This document shows positions 1-10,778 of a stretch of DNA of 64,000 bases, in pieces; positions within the stretch are counted from its first letter, which is position 1; every line of letters starts with the position of its first letter. The stretch lies in NCBI GenBank assembly GCA_963823035.1, contig CAWGKG010000012.1, positions 64,001-128,000 on the forward strand, given 5' to 3'. The notes under the pieces were generated by a model, which saw only the letters and a program-made list of their open reading frames with translations, was not told the origin of the DNA and made no database searches. The DNA is from an uncultured Gemmatimonadales bacterium (GTDB lineage: Bacteria; Gemmatimonadota; Gemmatimonadetes; Longimicrobiales; Gaopeijiaceae). Made by a program: the position numbers and the translations under genes.

Positions 1-461
1 GGAAGCCCATGTGGCGCTCGAGGCGGTCCATCTCGCGGTCGACGGTGACGCTGCATGACCCGGTCGATGCGCTCGCTGCAGGCCGGCCCGCCAGTCGGTC
101 GTCCGAGGCCGTCGCTGTCGCTGCGAGCGCGCGCCATTCCCGCATCGCCGCGACGAAGACGGCCGCCATGGGATCGGCCGGGCGCGCCGCCGATGCGGTC
201 GTAGAGGTCCTCCAGCGAGCCGCCGGACCAGAACGCCTCCTCGAACTGCGCTCGGCCTGGCCGCGCAGGCGGCGCAGGCGGATCGACTTGTCGAAGATGA
301 TCGCCCAGCACCAGAACGAGGCGCCGAGCAGCAGGATCAGCATGACCGACCTTGACGATGATGTCGGCGCGCCAGAACAGGCTCCAGATCGAGAGGTCTG
401 ACATCGGCCGACCGAGCCAGCCAGGGCCACGGCTATCGACTGCGTCTTGAGTTTCCATCAT
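1..461 (-). CDS. tolQ: TolQ, 5' part (runs off the window edge; frameshifted)
   Basis: Minus strand reads DLSIWSLFWRADIIVK..VMLILL..ASFWCWAIIFDK; follows ybgC-ruvB in the usual order. Confidence 0.85.
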   Translation of the reverse strand, partial: MMETQDAVDSRGPGWLGRPMSDLSIWSLFWRADIIVKVGHADPAARRLVLVLGDHLRQVDPPAPPARPGRAQFEEAFWSGGSLEDLYDRIGGAPGRSHGGRLRRGDAGMARARSDSDGLGRPTGGPACSERIDRVMQRHRRPRDGPPRAPHGL

Positions 462-485
462 GTCGTTGCACCTGCACTAAGGTGA

Positions 486-932
486 TCATTCGATGTCGCT
501 CCGGCGCAGCAGGCGCGCGCAGCTCGCCGGCGGCATGCGGTGCGGCCGGCCGTCGCGCGCCCACGCAGGCGAGGCGCACGGCCATGCGCACCAGTCGTCG
601 TCGCCGTCGCGCGCACGACCTGCTCGCATCCGAGTGCTCGCGCCGCCGAGCCGTCGACGATGCGGGTCACGACCTCCAGCTCGTCGTCGAGCCGCGCCGG
701 CTGCAGATAGTCGATCTCGCAGCGGCGCACCGCGAAGACCAGCGCCGGTCGCGCCGGCGCAGCGCCGCTGTGGTCGAAGCCCAGCGTCGCGCAGCAACTC
801 GGTGCGCGCCGCGCTCGGCGAAGCGCAGGTAGTTGCGCGTAGATAGACGATGCCGCCGGCATCGGTGTCCTCGTAGTAGACCCGGACCGGGAAGACGATG
901 CGGCCGTCGGCGTGCGGCCAGCGCTCATTCAT
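486..932 (-). CDS. ybgC: Tol-Pal-associated acyl-CoA thioesterase (frameshifted)
   Basis: [17 protein letters not shown] and [22 protein letters not shown]. Confidence 0.9.
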   Translation of the reverse strand: MNERWPHADGRIVFPVRVYYEDTDAGGIVYLRATTCASPSAARTELLRDAGLRPQRRCAGATGAGLRGAPLRDRLSAAGAARRRAGGRDPHRRRLGGASTRMRAGRARDGDDDWCAWPCASPAWARDGRPHRMPPASCARLLRRSDIE

Positions 933-1996
933 CGCCTCGTCGTCCGTCGCCGCCGTCCAACAGCTCGAGCTGGTCGCTGCAGCGCCTGCGGCACGGGCAG
1001 GCCGAGGTGGCGCGAAGCCGCCTGCGGTCAGCATGCGGCCGCGCGGCGTGCGCTGCACGAAGCCCTGCTGGATCAGATACGGCTCGATGACGTCCTCGAT
1101 GGCGTCGCGCTGCTCGGACAGCGCCGCGGCCAGCGTCTCGACGCCGACCGGCCCGCCGCCGTAATTCTCGGCGATGCAGGCGAGATAGCGCCGGTCCATG
1201 GCGTCGAGGCCGCTCTGGTCGACTTCCAGCCGGCTGCAGCGCCGCGTCGGCGGCCGCGGCATCGATCCGCTCGTCGCCGCCGACCGCGGCGAAGTCGCGC
1301 ACCCGGCGCAGCAGCCGCACCGGCGACCCGCGGCGTGCCGCGCGCGCGCCGCGCGATCTCGCGCGCGCCGTCGGCGGTCAGGTCGAGGCCGAGCACCCGC
1401 GCGCCCGCGCGACGACGATGCGCTCGAGCTCGTCGGCGCTGTAGAAATCGAGCCGGAGCGGAATGCCGAAGCGCTCGCGCAGCGGCGTCGTCAGCAGGCC
1501 CGAGCGCGTCGTCGCGCCGACCAGGGTGAACGGCGGCAGGTCGATGCGCACCGAGCGCGCCGCCGGCCCCTCGCCGATGATCAGGTCGAGCTGGAAGTCC
1601 TCCATCGCCGGATAGAGGATCTCCTCGACCGCCGGGTTGAGCCGGTGGATCTCGTCGATGAACAGGACGTCGCGCGGCTGCAGGTTGGTCAGCAGCGCGG
1701 CCAGATCGCCGGCGCGCTGCGATGACCGGGCCCGAGGTCGCGCGGAAGCCGACGCCGAGCTCGCGCGCGACGATCTGCGCCAGCGTCGTCTTGCCGAGGC
1801 CCGGCGGGCCGTGCAGCAGCACGTGGTCGAGCGCCTCGCCGCGCGGCCGCGGCCGCCTGGATGAAGACCGCGCAGATTGTCGCAGACCTGCGCGCTGGCC
1901 GACGAAGTCGTCCAGGCGTCTGGGGCCGCAGCGTGACCGTCCACGTCGTCCTCGCCGCGCCGGATCGCCGCTCGACCAGCGCGTCACGTCGCTCAC
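925..1996 (-). CDS. ruvB: Holliday junction branch migration helicase RuvB (frameshifted)
   Basis: [65 protein letters not shown] in different frames. Confidence 0.97.
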
Positions 1997-2621
1997 CGCG
2001 CGAGCTCCTTCAGGCCGCCGCGGATCAGCGCCTCGACGGTGGCGTCGTCGCCCAGCGCGCTGCGCCGCGGCGGCCACCGCGCCGAACGCCTCGGAGCGGC
2101 CGTAGCCGAGATTGACCAGGGCCGAGACCGCATCGGCGTCGGGCCGCGCTCGGGGCCGCGGCCGCCGGCCGCGGCGCTGCAGCGCGGCGCCCGGGCGCCA
2201 GGCCGACGATCGCCCGACGCCTGTCCTTCAGCTCGGTCGACGATGCGCTGGCGCCAGCTTCGGCGCCGACGCCGTTGGCGCGCGTCACCGCCGTCTTGTC
2301 CTCGGCGAGCGATGGCCTGGGTCAGCTCGTCGCGGCGACAGCACGCTCAGGATCGCCAGCGCGACCCGCGCGCCGACGCCCTGGACGGTCGTCAGCAGGC
2401 GGAACCAGTCGCGCTCGGCCGTCGTCGGCGAAGCCGTAGAGGTGGATGTGGTCCTCGCGCACGTGGGTCTCGACATAGGCGGACGCCGCGCTGCCCGACG
2501 CCGCGCAGGCGCGCGCAGCGTCGCGCGCCGAGCAGACGAGCAGATAGCCGACGCCGCCGACGTCGATCACGCCCAGTCGTCGCCGACGCGTGTCGACGGT
2601 GCCGGTGAGCTTGCCGATCAT
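1993..2621 (-). CDS. ruvA: RuvA (frameshifted)
   Basis: [47 protein letters not shown]. Confidence 0.95.
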
Positions 2622-3142
2622 GCGCCGTGCCCTCGACGCGCGGCCTGGCGCGCGGCGCGGCCCGGTCGGTCGCCGCGTGGTGGGCATGGCAGATCGCGAC
2701 CGCCAGCGCGTCGGCGGCATCGCGCCGTCGATGCGCGCGCCGGGCAGCAGGATGCGCACCATCATGCCGACCTGGTCCTTGTCGGCGTGGCCGGTGCCGA
2801 CCACCGATCTTCTTGACCAGGTCGGCGGCATATTCGTGCGACCGGCGAGCCCGGCGAGGCCGGCGCCAGCAGCGCGACGCCGCGCGCCAGGCCGAGCTTC
2901 AGCGTCGATGCCGGGTTGCGGTTGACGAAGGTCTCCTCGACCGCCGCCTCGTCCGGCGCGTATCGCGCGGCGACCGCCTGCACGCCGTCGAAGATGCTGG
3001 TCAGGCGCAGTGCGCCATGGTCGGCGTCGCCGGCGGTCGAGATCGACGCCGTTGGCGACGTGGCTCAGGCGATTGCCGTCGACGTCGATCACGCCCCAGC
3101 CGGTGTGGCGCAGCCCGGGATCGAGGCCGAGCACGCGCGCAT
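2618..3142 (-). CDS. ruvC: Crossover junction endodeoxyribonuclease RuvC (frameshifted)
   Basis: [50 protein letters not shown]. Confidence 0.95.
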
Positions 3143-3154
3143 CGATCCGCGTCC

Positions 3155-3908
3155 TCAGGCCGACGAGCCGTTCCATGACGTCGTCGGCGATCTCGAAATT
3201 GCGCCGAGACCGTCTGGACGTCGTCGTTGTCCTCCAGCGCGTCGATCAGCTTACAGGGTGGCGCGCCTTGTCCTCGTCGACGTCGACGGTGTTCTGCGGC
3301 TTCCAGACCAGCCCGGCCTCGCTGCGGCGTCGCCGAAGCGCTCGACGAGCGCCTCGCGCACCTGGCCGAAATCGTCGGGCGCGCAGAAGATCGTCGTGGC
3401 CCTCGGCGTCGGACTGCGACATCGGTCGCGCCGGCCTCCAGCGCCGCCTCGAACATGGTCGTCGGCGTCGCCGACCTCGGCCGGATAGACGATGGCCGAC
3501 GCGCTCGAACATGAAGGCGACGCTGCCGGTCTCGCCCAGCGCGCCGCCGTGCTTGTTGAACGCCGCGCGGACCTCGCGAGGCGGTGCGGTTGCGGTTGTC
3601 GGTCAGCGCCTCGACGATGATCGCGACGCCGCCCGGGCCGTAGCCCTCGTAGCGGATCTCCTCGTAGTTGGCGTCGTCGTCGCCGCCGGCGGCGCGCTTG
3701 ATCGCGCGCTCGATGTTGTCCTTGGGCATGTTGGCCGCGCGCGCGGCGCGATCGCGGCGCGCAGGCGCGGGTTGTGCGTCGGGATCCGGCATGCCCTGGC
3801 GCGCGGCAACGGCGATCTCGCGGCCGAGCTTGGTGAAATGCTTGGCGCGCTTGGCGTCCTGCGCGCCCTTGCGGTACATGATGTTCTTAACTTGGAATGG
3901 CCGGCCAT
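3155..3908 (-). CDS. yebC: YebC/PmpR family protein (frameshifted)
   Basis: [58 protein letters not shown]. Confidence 0.95.
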
Positions 3909-4042
3909 TGGATCCTCTGAACAAAAGTCGTCACGTGTTGATGCATCCAGATATCGCGGGCAATCGGGCAGCACAATACCACATCGTGTCGAAGCGGTCC
4001 GACACACTCGCGCGATTGCCGGGACGGCCCGGCGCCGGGCCG

Positions 4043-4225
4043 TCAGAGCTTGAAGACGGCGTCCGCGGAAGCACGCGCAGCCTTCTTGGCCTCGATCACG
4101 GTCGTGGCCCGCCCGATTTCTGCCATAAGCCTTGCAATATAGTCCTGCAGGGCCTCTATCGACATGGCTTCGAGGTTGGGCGTCTCGAGGGTCGGCCGCC
4201 GGGGTTCCAGATCATCGGTGTCCAT
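4043..4225 (-). CDS. DUF1192 small protein
   Basis: MDTDDLEPR..LEAMSIEALQDYIARLMAEIGR..KKAARASADAVFK. Confidence 0.85.
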   Translation of the reverse strand: MDTDDLEPRRPTLETPNLEAMSIEALQDYIARLMAEIGRATTVIEAKKAARASADAVFKL

Positions 4226-4272
4226 GCGACGTTGCCTTTCGCCTGATTATCCCATTTGGACAGCGGTTTTCC

Positions 4273-4824
4273 ATGAGCGCAAGTCTTGGCCGCGTCGGCC
4301 GTTTCATCAAGCGATGGGCCGGGGTCATCATCCTGGGAGGAGTGGCGGCGACGTTCGTCACCGCGCTGGTCTTCGGCGTCATCCTGAGTACCGAGACGGC
4401 GCACCAGCTCGACGTCAGCGACCAGAGCCTGGACAAGCGGCTGGCCACCCTGCCGACCGACAGCACACCACAGCCCTTCCCCGTCGACGATCTGGAGGAG
4501 ATCTCGCCCGACTGGGACATCATCTGCTACGTCGGCAGCGGCTGGGTCTCCAAGGCGCTGCGCAAGGCACTCAACAACCCGCTTGACGGCTACCACTATG
4601 AGCCGCGCGATATCTACGGGGTCGAGGACTACTGGGTGATCGCCTTCGTCGACATCGAGAGCAAGACGGTCCACTCGATCGAGGTCGATCGCAACCCGAT
4701 CAAGGAGATCACCGGCCCGTCCTGCCTGGACCGGGACAGCGCCAAGATCGCCGCGGCCGACGATCCCGCGCTCTCCAACCACATCGACCTTGCCTTCGTC
4801 GGCGAGCCGGCCGAGCTTCGCTAG
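4273..4824 (+). CDS. Hypothetical protein with one N-terminal transmembrane helix
   Basis: Intact ORF with coding-like codon use; hydrophobic WAGVIILGGVAATFVTALVFGVIL followed by an acidic domain. Confidence 0.7.
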   Translation: MSASLGRVGRFIKRWAGVIILGGVAATFVTALVFGVILSTETAHQLDVSDQSLDKRLATLPTDSTPQPFPVDDLEEISPDWDIICYVGSGWVSKALRKALNNPLDGYHYEPRDIYGVEDYWVIAFVDIESKTVHSIEVDRNPIKEITGPSCLDRDSAKIAAADDPALSNHIDLAFVGEPAELR

Positions 4825-4984
4825 CGCGGGTCGCGCACGACCTTCCGGACGGGGCAGCGGCGCGGTTCCGCCAGATGGCGTGATTCCGATCTACATCATG
4901 ACGTTAGAGCAAATTCACGCGCTCAACCTGATTCACGCCGAACGGGTTATGCCCTAGGCTGGCGCCGCAGCAACGGAGGACGAG

Positions 4985-5989
4985 ATGTCGACGTCGGTTC
5001 CCGAGACCATGACCGCGATCGAGTATAACGGCGGCGGCGGGCCGGAGGTCGTCAGGGTGGCGACGCGACCGGTGCCGGCGCCGGCGGTCGGCGAGGTCCT
5101 GGTCCGCGTCGCCGCCGCGGGCGTCAACCGGCCCGACATCCTGCAGCGCGCCGGCGGCTATCCGCCGCCGCCCGGCGCCAGCGACATCCCCGGGCTGGAA
5201 CTCGCCGGCGAGGTCGTCGCCAACGGCCCCGATTCCGATCGCCTGAAGGCCGGCGACAAGGTCATGGCGCTGGTCTCCGGCGGCGGCTACGCCGAATACT
5301 GCGTGGTGCCCGTGCCCCAGGCGCTGCCCGTGCCCGGGACCTCTCCATGGTCGAGGCGGCGGCCGTGCCGGAGACCTTCTTCACGGTCTGGACCAACGTC
5401 TTCCAGCGCGGCCGCCTGGTGGCCGGCGAGACGCTGCTGGTCCACGGCGGCGCCAGCGGCATCGGCACGACCGCGATCCAGCTCGCCAAGGCCCGCGGCG
5501 CCGCGTCTTCGTCACCGCCGGCAGCGACGAGCGCTGCCGCGCCTGCGAGGCGCTCGGCGCCGAGCGCGCCATCAACTACCGCAGCGAGGACTTCGTCGAG
5601 GTCGTGAAAGAGGCGACCGACGGGCGCGGCGTCGACGTCATCCTCGACATGGTCGGCGGCGACTACATCGCGCGCAACATCAAGGCGCTGGCGATGGAGG
5701 GACGCATCGTCTTCATCGCCTTCCTGGGCGGCTCGAAGGCCGAGATCGACTTCCTGCCCGCTGATGATGAAGCGCGCGACCATCACCGGCTCGACCCTGC
5801 GCGCCCGCGCGGTCGCTGCAAAAGGGCCGAGATCGCCGACGAGCTGCGCCGCCGAGGTCCTGCCCCTGCTCGCAGCCGGCCGGGTCGCAGCCGGTGGTCC
5901 AGGCCACCTTCCCGCTGGCCGAGGCCGCCGCCGCCCAGGAGGCGATCCAGGTCGACCACGTCGGCAAGGTCGTGCTGACGGTCGCCTGA
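4985..5989 (+). CDS. NAD(P)H-quinone oxidoreductase, PIG3 family (frameshifted)
   Basis: [70 protein letters not shown]. Confidence 0.92.
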
Positions 5990-6002
5990 GCCGTTCCGGA
6001 CT

Positions 6003-6506
6003 TCAGACGCGCCCGGCCAGCCGGGAAAGCGCCTCGCCCTCGACCGCCATGGTGACGACGCTCTCGTCGAGCTCGCGAGCACCCAGCCGGGCATAGAAGG
6101 CGCGCGCGGTGGCGTTGCCGTCCCAGACCTCCCAGCGCAGCATGGCGCAACCCTCGTCGAGCGCCGCGCGGGCGGCGGCCGCCATCAGGGCGCGGCCCGC
6201 GCCCAGGCCGCGCGCCACGGGCGTGACCACGCAGTCGGAGAGGTAGAGCACCGGTCGCGCCATGTGGAGGTCGAACCACTGGCCCAGCACGGCGACGCCG
6301 ATGACCTCGCCCGCCACGACTGCCACCAGATAGCGGCAACGCCGACGCGGCCCGAACCCCTCGGCGATCACACGCTCGGGCGTGAGCCCGGGATCGGGAT
6401 CCTCGACATGGCGCGCCAGCATGGCACCCAGATCGGCGATCGCCGGGGCATCGGCGTGCCGGGCCGCACGGACGGTCACACCACTCCTTGATCGCGTTCT
6501 TGCCAT
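6003..6506 (-). CDS. GNAT family N-acetyltransferase
   Basis: LYLSDCVVTPVARGLGAGRALM..VWDGNATARAFYARLGA; start uncertain. Confidence 0.88.
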   Translation of the reverse strand: MARTRSRSGVTVRAARHADAPAIADLGAMLARHVEDPDPGLTPERVIAEGFGPRRRCRYLVAVVAGEVIGVAVLGQWFDLHMARPVLYLSDCVVTPVARGLGAGRALMAAAARAALDEGCAMLRWEVWDGNATARAFYARLGARELDESVVTMAVEGEALSRLAGRV

Positions 6507-6646
6507 GATTTGCAACCTTGTGTTTATCTTTCGTAATTGCGGTCGGCAGGTCGCGGATCGGTTGTCACAGCGGTCCTGCTCCATTAAGTAGAGCCTGACA
6601 TGACGGCGGCGCGCGGTGGTGCGCCGGCCGAACTTGAGGAGTCACC

Positions 6647-7252
6647 ATGGCACAGTTGCTGATGCCCCAGGCGACCGCCGTCTGGCTGGTCGATAACACG
6701 TCGCTGACCTTCCAGCAGATCGCCGAGTTCTGCAGCCTGCATCCGCTGGAGGTCCAGGCGATCGCGGACGGCGAGGTCGCGACCAACATCGTCGGCCAGG
6801 ATCCGGTCATCGCGGGCCAGCTCACCGCCGAGGAGATCGCCCGCTGCGAGGCCGATCCCACGGCCAAGGTCCAGATGCGCGAACGGATCGACCTGCCCAA
6901 GGTCAAGCCGACCAAGGGTCGCTATACCCCGGTCGCCAAGCGCCAGGACAAGCCGGACGCCATCGCCTACCTACTGAAGCGGTTCCCGCAGCTGACCGAC
7001 GCCCAGATCGTGCGCCTGATCGGCACGACCAAGCAGACGATCGCCCAGGTGCGCGACGGCACCCACCGCAATGCCGAGGAGTTGACGCCCAAGGATCCGG
7101 TGCAGCTCGGCCTGTGCAATGCGCGCGACCTCAACGCCGAGATCGAGAAGTCGAACACCAAGATCCGTGCCCGTGAGGAGGCGCTGACCAAGGCGCGCGC
7201 CGAGCTCGCGGCCCGCGAGACGGAAGGTACGCCCGGGCCGGGCGGCTTCTAG
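6647..7252 (+). CDS. trcR: DUF1013 / TrcR RNA-polymerase-associated cell-cycle regulator
   Basis: LLMPQATAVWLVDNTSLTFQQIAEFCSLHPLEVQAIADG, RYTPVAKRQDKPDAI. Confidence 0.92.
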   Translation: MAQLLMPQATAVWLVDNTSLTFQQIAEFCSLHPLEVQAIADGEVATNIVGQDPVIAGQLTAEEIARCEADPTAKVQMRERIDLPKVKPTKGRYTPVAKRQDKPDAIAYLLKRFPQLTDAQIVRLIGTTKQTIAQVRDGTHRNAEELTPKDPVQLGLCNARDLNAEIEKSNTKIRAREEALTKARAELAARETEGTPGPGGF

Positions 7253-7274
7253 ACGCAGTACGGCACACGATCAG

Positions 7275-7311
7275 CAGCGGCCCGGGCAGAACGCCCGGGC
7301 CGCTGTCGTTT
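7275..7311 (+). terminator. Probable intrinsic terminator after trcR
   Basis: 13-bp stem CAGCGGCCCGGGC/GCCCGGGCCGCTG, 5-nt loop, then TCGTTT. Confidence 0.7.
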
Positions 7312-7430
7312 CAGGGGCACGAGGGTCCTCTCCTTACTCATATTCCAGATTAGAATTGACCGATAATTATCGGAAATAAATGATTTTCTTTGATTTTGAA
7401 ACAGGGAGTTAAGGATCCCTCTGGCCGAGT

Positions 7431-7997
7431 TCAATCGCGAGATTCGGTCTCGGGCTTCTGATGGCGCGACAGCAGCGGCATCTGGGCGAGCGTGAAGAGC
7501 AGGGTCAACACGGTCAGGCCGAACACCTTGAAGCTGACCCAGATGTCGGTCGGCTGGGTGCGCCAGACGACCTCGTTGAGCGCCGCCATGGCGACGAAGA
7601 AGAGCGCATAGCGCAGGGTCAGCTTGCGCCAGCCGTGGTCGTCGAGGTCGAGCGCCTTGCCCATGACCGCCTTCAGCGGCGCGCGGCGCAGCAGCAGGCC
7701 GATGCCGAGCACGGCGGCGAACACGAGTTGGACGATGGTCGGCTTCATCTTGATGAAGGTGTCGTCGTCGAACAGCAGCGTCAGTCCGCCGAAGACGCCG
7801 ACGACCGCGGCCGTGACCAGCGCCATCACCGGCACCCGGCGCGCGACGGCGTAGCTGACGATCAGCGCCACGACGGTGGCGCCGATCAGCGCCGCGGTCG
7901 CCGTCATCAGGTCGCCCAGCGGATAGGCGACGAAGAAGACCGCGAGCGGGCCGTAGTCGGTCAGCGGTCGGAGCCAGCGCGGCTGCTCGGCGGTCAT
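7431..7997 (-). CDS. yciB: Inner membrane protein YciB / IspZ
   Basis: DYGPLAVFF, FGGLTLLFDDDTFIKMKPTIV, LNEVVWR..WVSFKVFG. Confidence 0.93.
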   Translation of the reverse strand: MTAEQPRWLRPLTDYGPLAVFFVAYPLGDLMTATAALIGATVVALIVSYAVARRVPVMALVTAAVVGVFGGLTLLFDDDTFIKMKPTIVQLVFAAVLGIGLLLRRAPLKAVMGKALDLDDHGWRKLTLRYALFFVAMAALNEVVWRTQPTDIWVSFKVFGLTVLTLLFTLAQMPLLSRHQKPETESRD

Positions 7998-8078
7998 GTC
8001 ACAGTTCCGTTGTCATGGCGTCTGCGCCACCAATATGGTGATGACCGCGAGCGAACAACCCGCATGGGGGCGAGGTGC

Positions 8079-8723
8079 ATGAGCCTGCAGGAACAACTTG
8101 CCGCGATCGACGCGACCCTGCCGCGGGACAAGGCGGAGGCGATCGCCCGCCACATCGCCCGGATCGCGTCGAGCGGCGCCGGCAACGACGCCCTGAAGGT
8201 CGGCGACACCGCGCCCAACTTCATCCTGCCTGACGGCCACGGCAACGCGGTCTCGCTGCGCGCCCTGCTGCTCGACGGCCCGGCGGTGCTGGTGTTCTAC
8301 CGCGGCCGCTGGTGCCCCTATTGCAATGCCGAGCTCGCTGCGTTCCAGCTTGCCCTGCCCGAGATCAGCGCGCTGGGCGCCCGACTGGCGGCGATCTCGC
8401 CCGAGCATCCCGACGGATCGCTGACGCCCGAGGAAGTCGACCGGCTCACCTTCGAGGTGCTGAGCGATGCCGGCAACCGGGTCGCCCGCCAGTTCGGCCT
8501 CGTCTACCGGCTCGACCAGGAGGCGCGCGACCTGGTGACGGAACTCGGGGTCGACCTCGCGGCGAGCAACGGCGACGAGAGCTGGGAGCTGCCGGTGCCG
8601 GCGACCTTCATCGTTGCACCCGACCGGCGCATCGTCTTCGCCTCGGCCGATCCCGACTACCGGCGGCGCGCCGACCCGGCCGACGTGGTCATGGCCCTCG
8701 ACGCGCTCGCGGCGCGCCATTGA
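8079..8723 (+). CDS. Peroxiredoxin-like AhpC/TSA family protein
   Basis: LKVGDTAPNF, FYRGRWCPYCNAEL, WELPVPATFIV. Confidence 0.88.
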   Translation: MSLQEQLAAIDATLPRDKAEAIARHIARIASSGAGNDALKVGDTAPNFILPDGHGNAVSLRALLLDGPAVLVFYRGRWCPYCNAELAAFQLALPEISALGARLAAISPEHPDGSLTPEEVDRLTFEVLSDAGNRVARQFGLVYRLDQEARDLVTELGVDLAASNGDESWELPVPATFIVAPDRRIVFASADPDYRRRADPADVVMALDALAARH

Positions 8724-9358
8724 GCGCCGTGGCGAAGGGGCTCCCCGCCCGCTTCGCCGCCTTGCGCGACGCGCTCACCGCGTTCTGCCGCGAACGGGCC
8801 GACGCAGGCGGGCCGGCAGCGCCGATGTTGGCCGACGTCGGCGCGGAACTTGCCGGCCTGGAGCTGCCCGCAGTCATCGATCCGCCCGGACGCCTGCCCG
8901 GCTGCCGGCACTATGCCGGAGCGATGGCCGAGGCCCTGGCGGGCCCACTGGCCGGGGTCGCCGCCGCCTACGACGCGCTCGAGCCCGACCTCGCCTGGGT
9001 CCAGACCGAGCACTACCGCGCGGCCCTGGGCGACGACCATATGGCGAACTACGCTTACGCCAACCTCGTGGGCTGGCAGGGCCTCGTGCCGCATGCGCGC
9101 ATCGCCACCGGGCTGTTCGTCATCGGCCCCGGCCGTCACTACCCTGATCACCACCACGAGGCCGAGGAGATCTACGTCCCGCTCTGCGGCGACACCCTGT
9201 GGAGCCAGGCGGGCAGGCCCGCCACGACCCATGCGCCGGGCAGCATGATCCACAATCCGCCCTGGCAGCGCCACGAGATGACGACGCAGACGACTCCGCT
9301 CTTCGCCGTCTACTTCTGGCGCGGCCCAGTGCTCGACAAGGCGCGACTGGTCGCCTGA
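8720..9358 (+). CDS. DMSP-lyase-family (DddQ-like) cupin protein
   Basis: GLFVIGPGRHYPDHHHEAEEIYVPLCG..HNPPWQRHEM..PLFAVYFWRG; TTG start overlapping the upstream stop. Confidence 0.75.
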   Translation: MSAVAKGLPARFAALRDALTAFCRERADAGGPAAPMLADVGAELAGLELPAVIDPPGRLPGCRHYAGAMAEALAGPLAGVAAAYDALEPDLAWVQTEHYRAALGDDHMANYAYANLVGWQGLVPHARIATGLFVIGPGRHYPDHHHEAEEIYVPLCGDTLWSQAGRPATTHAPGSMIHNPPWQRHEMTTQTTPLFAVYFWRGPVLDKARLVA

Positions 9359-9660
9359 GAGTTCAGACCGACCGGGTCGAGGAAGCCCCGGTCCGCCTCG
9401 CCGCACCAGTAGGAGAGCCGCTCGGCCAGGAAGTCGGCCGGGGTGGCCGCGTCCGCAGAGGTGCGCACGGCCGCAAACCACTCGGTGTGGAGGCCACGCG
9501 CGCCCAGAGGGCGGGCCGCGATCAAGCCGCGCTCGACGTAAAGCCGCGCCGCCCAGCGACTGACGGTGCTGATCCCGAAGCCGGCCCGGACCAGCTCCAG
9601 GATCGCGTCCAGCATCCCGGAGCGGACGTAGCGCACCGGCACCACGCCCGCCGGGCGCAG
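9310..9660 (-). pseudogene. 3' remnant of a LysR-family regulator (end of substrate-binding domain)
   Basis: LRPAGVVP..LDAILELVRAGFGISTVSRWAARLYVERGLIAARPLGARGL..W; no HTH and no start. Confidence 0.7.
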
Positions 9661-9876
9661 GGCGAGATCGCCGAGCTCTACGTCGACCCCGCCCGGCGCT
9701 CCCACGGCGTCGGACGAATGCTGGTCGAAGCGGCCGCCGCCATCGGCCGCGAGCGTGGCTGGACCAGGCTCGAGGTCGGCGCCCCTCCGGCCGCCGCCTG
9801 GGCCCGCTCCGTCGCCTTCTACGAGGAGTGCGGCTTCGCGGAGATCGGCCCGCGTCTCGGCCTCGCCCTGGGCTGA
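9661..9876 (+). pseudogene. 3' remnant of a GNAT acetyltransferase
   Basis: GEIAELYVDPARRSHGVGRMLVEAA..GWTRLEVGAP..RSVAFYEECGF; N-terminal half absent. Confidence 0.75.
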
Positions 9877-9955
9877 CGGCGTCCGCACGCTTGCCCTTGC
9901 GCCCCGTCATCGCGCAGGCGACCTTGCGCCGCCACAGGGCCAGGGGACACGCGAC

Positions 9956-10778
9956 ATGACGACCGGAACGCTGGAGACGCAGGCCGTCTCTCTCCACTAC
10001 ATCCAGCAGGGCAACGGGCCCGATCTCGTCTGGATGCCCCGGCGGCGACCAGACCGGCGAGGAATGGCTGGAGCAGATGGCGGCCTGTTCCCCGACTTCC
10101 GCTGCACCAGCTTCGACCCGCGCGGCGCGGGCCGCACCGTCGAGCCGTCAACCACCGCCGTGGCCGATCGCGACCTATGCCGACGACCTCGCCGCCCTGA
10201 TCCGCGAGGTCTGCAACCCTCCCGTGGTGGTGGTCGGCCTCTCCATGGGCGCGCTGATCGTCCAGGAGATGCTGCTCTCGCACCCGGAGCTGTGCAGGCT
10301 CGGCATCGCCATGGGCACCTCGGGAAAGAAGGGCGGCTTCATCCACGAATGGGAAGATGCCGAAATCCGTTTCCGCGAATCCGGCGGCAAGCTGCCGCCG
10401 GATTTCGCGCTTGGCCCACTATGCGCTGCTGATGTACCCGTCGGAGGTGCTCGGCGACGATGCCTTGTGGGAGAAGTGCAAACCCGTCGTCGCCGCCGCC
10501 TATGGCGAGCGCGACGGCGAGATGCTGGCGGCCCAGTGGCAGGCCTGCCTTGAAGTATTCGGCCATGGACCGCCTGCCCGGCTGCACCCGGCCGCTCCAT
10601 GTCATCGGCTTCGGCCAGGACATGCAGACGCCGCCGGCGCGCGGCCGCCTGGTCGCCGAGGCCGCCGCCGACGGCCATTTCCACCTGCTCGAGGGTCTCG
10701 GCCATTGCTCGCTGTTTCGCCACAAGCCGGAGGTCGTCGGCCGGCAAGATCCGCGAGATCCTGGCCGCCCATGGCTGA
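9956..10778 (+). CDS. Alpha/beta hydrolase (frameshifted)
   Basis: TSFDPRGAGRT, VVVGLSMGALI nucleophile elbow, LEGLGHCSL. Confidence 0.85.

Noticed and set aside
3919..3934. LexA box upstream of yebC-ruvCAB
   Set aside because: GAAC-N7-GTCA matches only one half-site. It is biologically plausible but cannot be supported in error-prone sequence.
4985..5989. AcuI acryloyl-CoA reductase completing a DMSP pathway
   Set aside because: Motifs are PIG3-type ([12 protein letters not shown]), not YhdH/AcuI-type.
7345..7380. dif (XerCD) site
   Set aside because: One arm resembles a Xer arm, but there is no 6-bp spacer and no convincing second arm.
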